Below, piece after piece: positions 28,852 to 38,518 of a DNA stretch of 64,000 bases. The first letter of the stretch is position 1. Each line of letters begins with the position of its first letter. The notes below the pieces were generated by a model that saw only the letters and a list, made by a program, of their open reading frames with translations, was not told the DNA's origin and made no database searches. A program made the translations under genes and the position numbers. Source of the stretch: an uncultured Proteiniphilum sp. Lineage in GTDB: Bacteria; Bacteroidota; Bacteroidia; Bacteroidales; Dysgonomonadaceae. Where the stretch lies: the NCBI GenBank assembly GCA_964446805.1, contig CAYUQE010000001.1, positions 3,626-67,625 of the forward strand, read 5' to 3'.

Positions 28852-31194
28852 CTACTCAATCAAAAAGGTATCTCTCAGTCTGATGTCGTCCGATGCTGCT
28901 CCAATCATCACAGTAAACGCTCCCGGTTCAGTTACTCTTTGCATCTGGCGGTCATAAAGTGCGAGATCATCATATTTCAATGTGAAGGTTACTCTTGTTG
29001 ATGCTCCCTTTTGGATATGGATACGCCGGAAATCTTTCAGCTGTAGGGGAGGGGTGACTACCGAGCTCTGGTTGTCACGCAGGTAGAGTTGTACCACCTC
29101 CTCACCGTCCCTCTTGCCGTCGTTGGTAATGGTGCAAGCGACCTCTACCTGTTCCTTTTCAACATGGATGGTAAGATCACTGTATTGGAAATGGGTATAG
29201 CTGAGGCCATAGCCGAAAGCATAGAGCGGGGAGCTGCTGCCGTCGATATACTCCGCCTGTCGGCCCAGTGAGTAGTAGACCGGAAGCTGCCCCACAGAGC
29301 GTGGTACGGTAACGGGCAACCTGCCCGCAGGATTATAATCTCCAAAAAGGATATCAGCGATACCATTGCCTCCCTCCTGTCCGGGATACCACGCCGTAAG
29401 CAATGCATCTGCCTTATGTGCAGCGTTGTTCATGTTGAGTGGCCTTCCCTGGATATAGATCACAATAAGTGGCTTGCCCGTCGCGGCAAGTGCATTGAGC
29501 AACTTCTCCTGATCACCGAGCAGATGGAGTGTGCTCCGGTCGTAGCCCTCTCCCGAATCCATGTCGGAGAGGATCTCCTCCCCGCGGTGGGCGACAGCGG
29601 CTGCTCCCGTCTCCAGATACTCGGTTTTGAAATCACGAGCGCTCGATCCTCCCACCACCAATACTACTACATCCGACATGCGGGCTGTCGCTACCGCCTC
29701 GTCTATGTTGGTTTGGGTGGTGTCCCTGATGGCGCATCCTTTGGCGTAACGTACAAGCGTGTGAGGACTTGCCGCATTCCTGATCCCGTCAAGCAGGGTC
29801 ACAATATGGTCCCTTTCCTGCGGAGCGGTGTAGTCGCCCAGCTGGTTGTAACTATTATCAGCATTAGGGCCAATGACCGCGATGGAGCTTATCTCCCTCG
29901 AAAGAGGCAACAATCCGTTTTCGTTTTTAAGAAGCACGGTCCCCTGACGGGCTACCTCGCGGGCAATCTGTTTATGTGCATCACTTCTTACAATCCTGGC
30001 CGCCTTTATTGGGTCCACATAGGGATTCTCGAATAGACCCATCTCAAACTTCAGTCGCAGAATATTACTGACAGAGTGGTCTATATCCTCCATTGAGATG
30101 AGATTGTCTGCCAGTGCCTGCTCCAGGTTTCTGCCATAGGCATTGCCTCCCAGATCAATATCGACACCTGCCTGTAAAGCCATGGCGGCAGCATGTCTCA
30201 CATCAGGAGCCACGCGATGCGTGCCGGCTATACCCTCAATGCTGCCCAGGTCGGAAAAGACAAATCCCTGAAAACCCCACCGGTCGCGCAGCAGCTCCTT
30301 CAGCAGGAAGCTGCTGGCGGTAGCAGGGACGCCGTCGATGGCGTTGTAGGAGGTCATGATGCTCATCGCTCCCGCATCAATGGCCATACGGAATGGTTCC
30401 AGGTGATCCGAGAAGAGCTCCCGCATCCCGATGTTTGCTTTCTGTCCGTTATGACCTCCTAAAGGGATGCCATACGCAGCAAAATGCTTCAGGGTGGAGT
30501 AGAGCTGATGGCTGCTCTGAGGATCATCACCCTGCAGCCCTTGAACGAAGTGACTGCCCATGATGCCGGTCAATAGGGGGTCCTCACCGAAGGTCTCTTC
30601 CATGCGCGACCAGCGTGGTTCTCTGGCTACATCGAGGATGGGACCGTAGCCGATATGTGCTCCCTGCAGGCTTGCCTCCAGCCCTATAGCCCCGGCCATC
30701 GCCCTTATCAGTTCCCTGTTGAAGGTGCCTGCCTGTGCCAGTGAGGTGGGGAAGACGGTAGTACCTATGGCCATATGCCCGTGGGGGCACTCTTCCGCAA
30801 AGAAGAGAGGGATACCCAGGCGGGTCTCCTCCAGTGCATAACGCTGCAATGCATTGAGTGCTTTCGCTGCCAGCTCGGGGTTGAGGCCTGTCTGCAGTGT
30901 CTTCTCTGTCCAGGGGTCGGCACGCAGTGTTGCCCATAGCGATCCCGGGGGCATGCGCTGCATCCTCTCCCTGAAGAGGGATGAGGGCTCAACAGTGTGA
31001 TTCCCTGTTTTGTGATACATCTCCCATCCCGTGGGACAGCATAGCTGACCTATCTTCTCTTCCAGCGTCATCCTGGCAAGCAGGTCGGCCACCCGCTCGT
31101 CGGTGGTGGCCGATGCATTTTTGTAGATATGTTGTGACAGGGTTAGTTGAGCTGTCATCAAGAGGCAGCAGATGCCAATAATTAAAAATTTCAT
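28852..31194 (-). CDS. GH3 beta-glucosidase/xylosidase
   Basis: RLGIP, REPRWSRMEETFGED, KHF, FSDLG nucleophile region, FN3-like C-terminus; ATG 31194 gives a signal peptide. Confidence 0.93.
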   Translation of the reverse strand: MKFLIIGICCLLMTAQLTLSQHIYKNASATTDERVADLLARMTLEEKIGQLCCPTGWEMYHKTGNHTVEPSSLFRERMQRMPPGSLWATLRADPWTEKTLQTGLNPELAAKALNALQRYALEETRLGIPLFFAEECPHGHMAIGTTVFPTSLAQAGTFNRELIRAMAGAIGLEASLQGAHIGYGPILDVAREPRWSRMEETFGEDPLLTGIMGSHFVQGLQGDDPQSSHQLYSTLKHFAAYGIPLGGHNGQKANIGMRELFSDHLEPFRMAIDAGAMSIMTSYNAIDGVPATASSFLLKELLRDRWGFQGFVFSDLGSIEGIAGTHRVAPDVRHAAAMALQAGVDIDLGGNAYGRNLEQALADNLISMEDIDHSVSNILRLKFEMGLFENPYVDPIKAARIVRSDAHKQIAREVARQGTVLLKNENGLLPLSREISSIAVIGPNADNSYNQLGDYTAPQERDHIVTLLDGIRNAASPHTLVRYAKGCAIRDTTQTNIDEAVATARMSDVVVLVVGGSSARDFKTEYLETGAAAVAHRGEEILSDMDSGEGYDRSTLHLLGDQEKLLNALAATGKPLIVIYIQGRPLNMNNAAHKADALLTAWYPGQEGGNGIADILFGDYNPAGRLPVTVPRSVGQLPVYYSLGRQAEYIDGSSSPLYAFGYGLSYTHFQYSDLTIHVEKEQVEVACTITNDGKRDGEEVVQLYLRDNQSSVVTPPLQLKDFRRIHIQKGASTRVTFTLKYDDLALYDRQMQRVTEPGAFTVMIGAASDDIRLRDTFLIE

Positions 31195-31204
31195 ATTTAT
31201 ATCG

Positions 31205-33442
31205 TTACAAAAAATCGAGTTCTCCGATTGCCAATGATTTACCATCTCCTGCTACTCCGGTAGCTTCAATCCGGATATATCTGGTTGTTACGGGTTGAGT
31301 AAAATGATGTGATCTGGGTGTGGGGTCATTGATCAGGTTGCCGAAAACAAAGCTCTCCACCGTATTCCACCGTTCACCATCTACACTGACCTGCAGGATT
31401 CCTTGTGCCATCATCCCATCGCCATGAACGGTTTGCGGGGTATAGACCATGGCACGAAGGCTCTGTTCCGTTCCCAGGTCTATTGCGATGTAATGGGGGC
31501 CGGCACTTCTCTTCGACTGCCAGTATGTGCGGGGACTGGCATCGAATGCAAGTGCAGCATCATGCCTGTGCTGCTCGCTGCTGACTGCCAGCAGCATCCA
31601 CTCCTTTTTCGCTATACCAAACTGTTCATTGTGCACTGACCCTTTGATGTTGTTGGTGTATGATACCGCTTTCAGCTCTTTTCGTTCAACTTTTACCGGT
31701 TGCGTGTATCTGATGGAGCTTTGTGTTGGTTCACTGCCATCGAGTGTGTAGAATATCTCATACCCTGCATTCAGGTTGCCGGCAGCATTCTCCCCGTGAG
31801 GGTTCCAGTTGAAGTCGGCCTGCCTGGGTGCGATGGAGACCATACCCTCTTTGTCACGCGTGAAGGTCAGCTGTGGTGGGCGGGTTTGGTAGTAATGTGC
31901 TGATACATGGCTTATAGCAGGATCAAGCCTCGAGGCTGTCACCCTGATGCGGATCTTCTGCGTAACCACCTCCGGAAAACGAAGAATCCGTTTATATCCG
32001 ATGTTTGTTGCCGTGGCTATCTCCTTCCACCTGTTCCCTATCCATGCATCTACCGCATGTGCCTCCACCCGTTCACTGTGGGTGGCGATTGCCTCTTGCA
32101 GCATCAGGCGGTTGATTTTCACCGGAGCAGGCAGGTTAATGATGATTTCCCTGTTCTTTTCCTTCAGCAGGTGATAGGTGTTGGGATTGCCGTCCAGCAA
32201 CGCTGCGGGGCCTTCGGCTTCCCGTAGCAGATTCATATCATAGGTCTCTCTGATCCGTTTGCCTGTCTCTTCCAGCACAGCCACATCTTCAGGTGAGAAC
32301 CTCCCTTCCCTGTTGGGAGGAATATTGAGCAGGAAGGTAGAGTTTCCGCCCACGGAACGTTCGTAGATATCAAACACATCGTCGGCACTTCGTACCTTCT
32401 GGTGGGTGTCATCACGGTAGAACCACCCTTCACGGATGGAGGTGTTGGTTTCAGCCTGCTGGTAGTGCAGGTATTTTCCCTTGTAAAGCATCTCACGGGA
32501 GCCGAGATCATGTTCCGTGCGGTCGTGGAAATATGAAGTGGTGTCCGGGTCATCGGGGTAGGTGATCACGTTCCACTCAGTTTTGCGCGTTGCTCCCGCC
32601 TCATTGCCACACCATCGGATGTCTTCACGACCGAAAATAACCGCTTTGGGAGCCAGGGTGCGGATCAGTTTCTTCCATGCCGGATAGTTATAGGTCTGTC
32701 CCCCTTTTCTTTTGGGGTGCGCCCCGTCGAACCATACTTCATGAATCTCCCCGTATTCGGTCAGGATCTCGAAGAGCTGGTTCAGGAAATATTCGTTGTA
32801 ATCATCCACCTCGAACGTGAAAGTGGTTTTATTGCTGTAGGGGCGACCGGGCACCTGGCGGGGAATAGTACGTTGGCTATAGTTGCTGAGGTTGCCGTAG
32901 ATCCCTTCCGGATGCTCAATCTGGAACAGGTCCGCCGGGGACATGTAAACACCCAGCTTCAGCCCATATTTTCTGCATGATGCCGACAGTTCTCCGAGCA
33001 CATCTCCTTTTCCGTTCCGATAATTTGTGGACATGATACCGTGTTGGGTATAACGACTCTGCCACAACACAAATCCGTCATGATGCTTTACAGTAAGGAT
33101 GACCATTTTCATCCCGGCAGCTTTCATTGCCTGACACCACTGATCGGTATCCAGGTTCTTCAGATCGAAAACAGCAGGATCCTCCGTTCCGCTACCCCAT
33201 TCCAACCGGGTGAAAGTGTTTGGCCCAAAGTGAACAAAAGCGATGAACTCATTTCTGAGTGCCTCCATCTGATTTTTTGATGGAATCACATGCGCGGCTT
33301 TTTGAATGATCAGCTCTTTACTGTCGCCCTCATCTATCCTGATAGTGTTTGCAGGTGTCATTGTTGGTTGTGCCGCGATAAAGAACGACGACAAGATGAT
33401 TGAAGCGGTAAGCAGGGTTATCCTTTTTAGCATAGTAGTCAT
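31205..33442 (-). CDS. GH29 alpha-L-fucosidase (GH29B-like) with F5/8-type/CBM32-like domains
   Basis: FVHFGPNTFT..EWG, KHHDGF, EVWFDGA, RWCGNEAG, SVGGNSTFLLNIPP; C-terminal discoidin-like domains. Confidence 0.92.
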   Translation of the reverse strand: MTTMLKRITLLTASIILSSFFIAAQPTMTPANTIRIDEGDSKELIIQKAAHVIPSKNQMEALRNEFIAFVHFGPNTFTRLEWGSGTEDPAVFDLKNLDTDQWCQAMKAAGMKMVILTVKHHDGFVLWQSRYTQHGIMSTNYRNGKGDVLGELSASCRKYGLKLGVYMSPADLFQIEHPEGIYGNLSNYSQRTIPRQVPGRPYSNKTTFTFEVDDYNEYFLNQLFEILTEYGEIHEVWFDGAHPKRKGGQTYNYPAWKKLIRTLAPKAVIFGREDIRWCGNEAGATRKTEWNVITYPDDPDTTSYFHDRTEHDLGSREMLYKGKYLHYQQAETNTSIREGWFYRDDTHQKVRSADDVFDIYERSVGGNSTFLLNIPPNREGRFSPEDVAVLEETGKRIRETYDMNLLREAEGPAALLDGNPNTYHLLKEKNREIIINLPAPVKINRLMLQEAIATHSERVEAHAVDAWIGNRWKEIATATNIGYKRILRFPEVVTQKIRIRVTASRLDPAISHVSAHYYQTRPPQLTFTRDKEGMVSIAPRQADFNWNPHGENAAGNLNAGYEIFYTLDGSEPTQSSIRYTQPVKVERKELKAVSYTNNIKGSVHNEQFGIAKKEWMLLAVSSEQHRHDAALAFDASPRTYWQSKRSAGPHYIAIDLGTEQSLRAMVYTPQTVHGDGMMAQGILQVSVDGERWNTVESFVFGNLINDPTPRSHHFTQPVTTRYIRIEATGVAGDGKSLAIGELDFL

Positions 33443-33490
33443 TTACAGGTGTCTGATGGGAAAGTTTAAAAAACTTTCATTTCACCATTA

Positions 33491-34882
33491 TTAATTTTGA
33501 AAAGAAAAAACCAAGGGCATCCCCTCCCAATTTTTGATCACAGGTAGATAGACACGGGTCTTCTCGCCGATCATCTCCCATTTCACCACTTTATTGGTGT
33601 GTAAAAGGATAATCCTGGTTCCTTTAACAGGTCTGTTACCTTCCCATTCGATGAACGAGGGCTGCTCATCGTGGGTGGAGGGTATATAATGGGCATACAA
33701 TGTTTGCTTATTCTTGTCGGCAGTAAACCATACGTTACCGCTTTGGTAATGGGGTGTGATGCGTGTGCCATATATTCCTTTCCCATTTTTTTCCATCCAG
33801 TCGCCCACTTTCTTCAATATCTCTTCCACCTCCGGCTGAATGATTCCTTCGGGTGTGGGGCCTACACCCAGTAGTAAGTTGCCACCCTTGGCAGTCACTT
33901 CAATGAGTAGTGCCATCACTTCACCGGCAGTTTTGAATGTTGCATCGGGTATCCATCCCCAGTCACTGCTTAAAGGGATACAACTTTCCCAGGGGTAGGG
34001 TAGCTGTTGGGCCGGGATCGACCGCTCCGGAGTCTGGTAGTTTTCATATTTCCCCCGTATGGTGCGGTCCACAATAAGTATGTCCGGCTGATTTTCTCTT
34101 ACCATGCCGGCGATCTTTTCCATATCGATATCCTGTCGCGGAGGGGCCACCCATCCGCCATCGAGCCAGAGAATGTCTAATTCACCATAGCGGGTCATCA
34201 GCTCCTCAAGCTGGTTGAAGGTGAACTGTTTGAACTTCTCCCATCGCTGCGGGTGTCTCTCAATCTTGTAGTTGACATTTCTGTTGGGGGTGGCATAATA
34301 ATCCCACCAGTAATACTGGCTATGCCAGTCGGGTTTGGAGAAATAGGCGCCCACCATGAAATCATTTTGCCGGAAGGCGTCGAACACATACCTGGCTACA
34401 TCTGCTTTGGGATGATTGGCAAAGGGCCCCTGTGCGATGGAGAAATCGGATTCTTTCGTGTCGAACATACTGAAACCGTCGTGATGCTTGGTAGTGAAGA
34501 TGGCATATTTCATCCCTGCCCGGCTCATGATGTGGCTCCACTGCTCAGGGTCAAAATCAACCGGATTGAACTGCTCTTTCAGTCCCCAGTACCATCGCTT
34601 ATACGCTTCATAGTTCACCGTGCTGTCGCGGGGTATCCAGTCCACATCTTCAGAACAGATCGACCAGGATTCAACTATACCGGGAACGGAATACAATCCC
34701 CAGTGAAAGAGCACGCCGAATTTAAGATCCTGCCAGCTCTCAAGCTTTTCCAGAACGGACGCTTCCCGGGGCCATACGTACCCGTCCGACTGTTCATGGA
34801 CAAACCCTTGCTGGGAATAGAGCATAAGCGTAAAGAACATCCCACCTATTACCAGCTGTATTCTTTTAATCGATAACTTCAT
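33491..34882 (-). CDS. GH29 alpha-L-fucosidase (GH29A-like)
   Basis: WQDLKFGVLFHWGLYS, TTKHHDGF, ILWLDGGW, KGGNLLLGVGP. Confidence 0.93.
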   Translation of the reverse strand: MKLSIKRIQLVIGGMFFTLMLYSQQGFVHEQSDGYVWPREASVLEKLESWQDLKFGVLFHWGLYSVPGIVESWSICSEDVDWIPRDSTVNYEAYKRWYWGLKEQFNPVDFDPEQWSHIMSRAGMKYAIFTTKHHDGFSMFDTKESDFSIAQGPFANHPKADVARYVFDAFRQNDFMVGAYFSKPDWHSQYYWWDYYATPNRNVNYKIERHPQRWEKFKQFTFNQLEELMTRYGELDILWLDGGWVAPPRQDIDMEKIAGMVRENQPDILIVDRTIRGKYENYQTPERSIPAQQLPYPWESCIPLSSDWGWIPDATFKTAGEVMALLIEVTAKGGNLLLGVGPTPEGIIQPEVEEILKKVGDWMEKNGKGIYGTRITPHYQSGNVWFTADKNKQTLYAHYIPSTHDEQPSFIEWEGNRPVKGTRIILLHTNKVVKWEMIGEKTRVYLPVIKNWEGMPLVFSFQN

Positions 34883-34906
34883 CTCTCTTTCATTAATTAT
34901 TTTGTC

Positions 34907-36223
34907 TTACACGATACTTCTCTTATAGGCCTTGATGCCATACCACGCCACCACCATAAAGCAAATCAGCGGTAGGATGAACGAAGCATTTACCGCGGGA
35001 AAGAGATCACCAATAGTGCCCATATCGATGATTCTTGCCTGTAATGGGGGGAGAATAGAGCCGCCAAGGATGGCCATGATCAGTCCAGCCGCCCCAAACT
35101 TGGAATCTTCGCCCATACCTTTTAATGCAATGCCATAAATGGTGGGAAACATGAGCGACATGCAAGCAGAAACAGCAACTAGACTGTATAAACCCCAGAT
35201 GTTCTGGAGGCCGATAACACCGAGCATAAGGATCGCTGCGGTGATGGCGAAGGTACGTAACATCTTCCCCGGGTTGAAGAACTTCATCAGATAGGTTGCA
35301 AGAAACCGGCTGACACAGAAAATGACCATTGCCGCAATATTGTATTTCTGTGACATCACCTCCGCTGCCTGCTCTCCCATACCCTGTGCCATGAAAATGC
35401 GTGTGCCGTACTGAATGATGAAGGTCCAGCACATGATTTGTGCCCCTACATAAAAGGACTGGGCGATCACCCCTTCCCGATAGTTGGAGACAGCGAAGAG
35501 TCGTCTGATGGTGGCTCCAAAATGAAACGTTTTATCTTTGTCGCCATTTATGGGCATCCTCATGAAAAGGATCAGAAGGAACATTGCCAGCACCACCACA
35601 CCTATTGCAAGATAGGGAGCTATGAGGATGGTGAGGTCGGACTGGTTCATCACTGCGAACTCGCTGTCGGACAATGATGCCCTTTCGGCGGTACTCATGG
35701 GATTGAGACGTGCCTGTATCAGATTCATGGCAACGTACATCCCGGCCAGCGACCCCAGCGGATTGAAAGACTGGGCCAGATTAAGCCTTCGGGTTGCATT
35801 CTCCTCTGGTCCCATGGTGAGGATGTATGGGTTGGCACTGGTCTCGAGAAACGACAAGCCACAGGTAAGGATAAAATAGGCTGCCAGGAAAGGATAGTAA
35901 TCGCCCGACATTTTTGCCGGGAAAAAGAGGAAAGCACCCATGGCATACAGTAACAAGCCAACCAAGATGCCCGACTTGTAAGAGAATTTCTTAATGAAAA
36001 TGGCTGCAGGAAAGGCCATAGCGAAATATCCTCCATAGAAGGCCACCTGAACCAGCGCTCCCTGGGTCACATTCATACGGAAGATCTTTGAAAACGCCTT
36101 TACCATCGGATTGGTGATATCGTTGGCAAATCCCCATAGGGCAAAACAGGTGGTAATAAGTATAAACGGCAACAGGTAGTTAACGCCATGATGCTTCAGT
36201 AATGACAGTTTCGTTTTATTCAT
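34907..36223 (-). CDS. fucP: L-fucose:H+ symporter
   Basis: CFALWGFAND, LSFLETSANPYI, RRLNLAQSFNPLG, MSLMFPTIYGIAL. Confidence 0.93.
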   Translation of the reverse strand: MNKTKLSLLKHHGVNYLLPFILITTCFALWGFANDITNPMVKAFSKIFRMNVTQGALVQVAFYGGYFAMAFPAAIFIKKFSYKSGILVGLLLYAMGAFLFFPAKMSGDYYPFLAAYFILTCGLSFLETSANPYILTMGPEENATRRLNLAQSFNPLGSLAGMYVAMNLIQARLNPMSTAERASLSDSEFAVMNQSDLTILIAPYLAIGVVVLAMFLLILFMRMPINGDKDKTFHFGATIRRLFAVSNYREGVIAQSFYVGAQIMCWTFIIQYGTRIFMAQGMGEQAAEVMSQKYNIAAMVIFCVSRFLATYLMKFFNPGKMLRTFAITAAILMLGVIGLQNIWGLYSLVAVSACMSLMFPTIYGIALKGMGEDSKFGAAGLIMAILGGSILPPLQARIIDMGTIGDLFPAVNASFILPLICFMVVAWYGIKAYKRSIV

Positions 36224-36232
36224 TGCATTGAT

Positions 36233-36658
36233 TTATGTAACAACTCCTTTTTTTAAAATGATATTGGCATATAGTGCCTCTTCACCTGTGGCTACCACGG
36301 CATAGGAGCTCTTCGCTCTTTCATAGAATGCGAATCGCTCCAGATAACAGATGGAATAAGGCTCCCCTGAATCCTGAAGGATCGCTTTGTAGTCATCCCA
36401 GATCTCCGGAATGTAGGTGTCTCCCTGAACAACTTCCATCAGAAAGACCTGGTGGGTGCTGTAACTGTCAAGAGGAAAAAGTTCCATCAGGGCCTGTAGA
36501 ATATCTCTACCCGATAAACCGTCTGCACGAACTACATGCTGGGAAATGGTGTGACACGGGAAATTGCCATCGGCAATCACAATTTCATCACCATGTCCCA
36601 TCTCCATCACAGTTTTCACCAGTTGCGGTGAAAGAATCTTAGGTATCTTCTTCAGCAT
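36233..36658 (-). CDS. fucU: L-fucose mutarotase, RbsD/FucU family
   Basis: MLKKIP..LSP..MGHGDEIVIADGNFP, ERFAFYERAK, ATGE..YANIILKKGV; ATG 36658 preferred. Confidence 0.92.
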   Translation of the reverse strand: MLKKIPKILSPQLVKTVMEMGHGDEIVIADGNFPCHTISQHVVRADGLSGRDILQALMELFPLDSYSTHQVFLMEVVQGDTYIPEIWDDYKAILQDSGEPYSICYLERFAFYERAKSSYAVVATGEEALYANIILKKGVVT

Positions 36659-36681
36659 AGTCAAAAGCAGCTTAGCACCGT

Positions 36682-38451
36682 TTACTTGTAAATAGGGCCA
36701 AATGTGTGACATGCACGATAGTCGGCACCCTCCTTGTCCATACCGAAAGCATTCCATGCCGAAGGACGGAAAATGTCGTTTTCATCCACATTATGCATGC
36801 ATACCGGTATACGGAGCATGGATGCAAGCGTGATCAGCTCTTTGCCTATATGGCCGTAGCTGATGGCTCCGTGGTTGGCTCCCCAGTTATTCATCACTGA
36901 GTAGACATCACTGAACGCTGCCTTGTCGGTCAAACGAGGTGCAAACCACGTGGTGGGCCATGTTTTATCGGTACGCTCATTGAGCAGACGGTGTATTTCC
37001 GGATCAATCTCCACGGTCCACCCCTCAGCTATCTGTAATACAGGTCCCAGGCCTTTCACCAGATTTAAACGGGACATGGTTACAGGAATACCACCCTCAG
37101 AGAGGAAATTGGATGAGTAGCCTCCTCCTCGGAAATAATCACGGTTCGCGGGGTACCAGGTGGTGGCTGCCAGGCATGCTTCTGCTTCATCTTCCGAAAT
37201 ATCCCAGTGAGGTTTCAATGCCGGCTCACCCTGGAGCCGTTGTTTTCCCGTACCATCGAGCGTGGTGGATCCTGAATTGATCAGATGGATGATGCCGTTA
37301 GCAGCGATCCCTGTCAGTTCTTTGCCGGTAACACGTTTTACTGACTCCGGACTCCAGTATGTGCGGACGTCGGAGAAGAGTTGCGCCGTGTTGGTGAGCA
37401 GATGGCCGAAGAGCATGGCTGTGCCGTTGAGTGCGTCATTTTCAGTGGCTATCACAAATGCCTCTCTTATGCCGTTCCAATCGAAGGAACTGTTGAGAAT
37501 AGCTTCTGCAAAATCACCGTTCGGCAAGAAATCGGTCCATTGACGTTGTCCCTGGAATCCCGCAGCGATGGCATTATGACCGATAGCCTCCTCTTTGAAT
37601 CCGAGTGCTTCGAGCTTTTTATTACCGGTCATCAGATCCCGGATGATAAGCGTCATTTTTACCACAAACTCCCAGTCGGCATCCATGGCTGCCCTTGGTT
37701 TCCTTTTCTCTTCCGTGTTGAAATCGCTTCCCTCGTTCTTCTTGCAATATTTTTCAGTCCATAGCATTGCTTTGGTGAACTCCTCCCTGTCGTAGATATT
37801 CTCTTGTATGCGACGCAGGATCTCGGTGGAATCGACCGATTCGTTCCGCATACCGAGGTACTCCTGAAAAAAATCGGGATTCACCATCGATCCCGCGATA
37901 CCCATCGATACACTCCCTATGGAGAGATAGGATCGGCCACGCATGGTGGCTACCGCCTGTGCCGATCTGGCAAAGCGCAACAGCTTCTCAGTCACATCCT
38001 CGGGGATGTTGTTGTCGGTGCTGTCCTGAATGTCATGGCCATAGATGCCGAAAGCAGGTAGTCCTTTTTGTGCATGAGCAGCCAGCACTGCTGCCAGATA
38101 TACAGCCCCGGGACGCTCGGTACCGTTGAAGCCCCAGACCGCTTTGGGATAGTGCGGATTCATATCCATGGTCTCGGTGCCGTAGCACCAGCAGGAGGTC
38201 ACTGAGATGGTGGATCCGACGCCTTCACGTTCAAACTTGGCGGCACAGGCAGCACTCTCACCCACACGACCTATGGTGGTGTCGGCTATCACACATTCCA
38301 CGGGACTGCCGTCGCCGTTCTTTAAATTGGTACTGATCAATGTGGCAACTGCTTTTGCCAGATTCATGGTTTTCACCTCGAGGCTCTCTCTTACTCCTCC
38401 CTGACGTCCGTCAATCACAGGGCGGATGCCAATTTTTGGATAACTTCTCAT
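36682..38451 (-). CDS. fucI: L-fucose isomerase
   Basis: [46 protein letters not shown]. Confidence 0.97.
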   Translation of the reverse strand: MRSYPKIGIRPVIDGRQGGVRESLEVKTMNLAKAVATLISTNLKNGDGSPVECVIADTTIGRVGESAACAAKFEREGVGSTISVTSCWCYGTETMDMNPHYPKAVWGFNGTERPGAVYLAAVLAAHAQKGLPAFGIYGHDIQDSTDNNIPEDVTEKLLRFARSAQAVATMRGRSYLSIGSVSMGIAGSMVNPDFFQEYLGMRNESVDSTEILRRIQENIYDREEFTKAMLWTEKYCKKNEGSDFNTEEKRKPRAAMDADWEFVVKMTLIIRDLMTGNKKLEALGFKEEAIGHNAIAAGFQGQRQWTDFLPNGDFAEAILNSSFDWNGIREAFVIATENDALNGTAMLFGHLLTNTAQLFSDVRTYWSPESVKRVTGKELTGIAANGIIHLINSGSTTLDGTGKQRLQGEPALKPHWDISEDEAEACLAATTWYPANRDYFRGGGYSSNFLSEGGIPVTMSRLNLVKGLGPVLQIAEGWTVEIDPEIHRLLNERTDKTWPTTWFAPRLTDKAAFSDVYSVMNNWGANHGAISYGHIGKELITLASMLRIPVCMHNVDENDIFRPSAWNAFGMDKEGADYRACHTFGPIYK

Positions 38452-38477
38452 TGTATTCTGTTATTAATTGATGAATG

Positions 38478-38512
38478 GATTGGTTATGGTTGAATGATGA
38501 TCGTTGATGGTC
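38478..38512. repeat. Degenerate 7-nt tandem repeat between fucR and fucI
   Basis: gattggt/tatggtt/gaatgat/gatcgtt/gatggtc. Confidence 0.45.
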
Positions 38513-38518
38513 ACCTGG

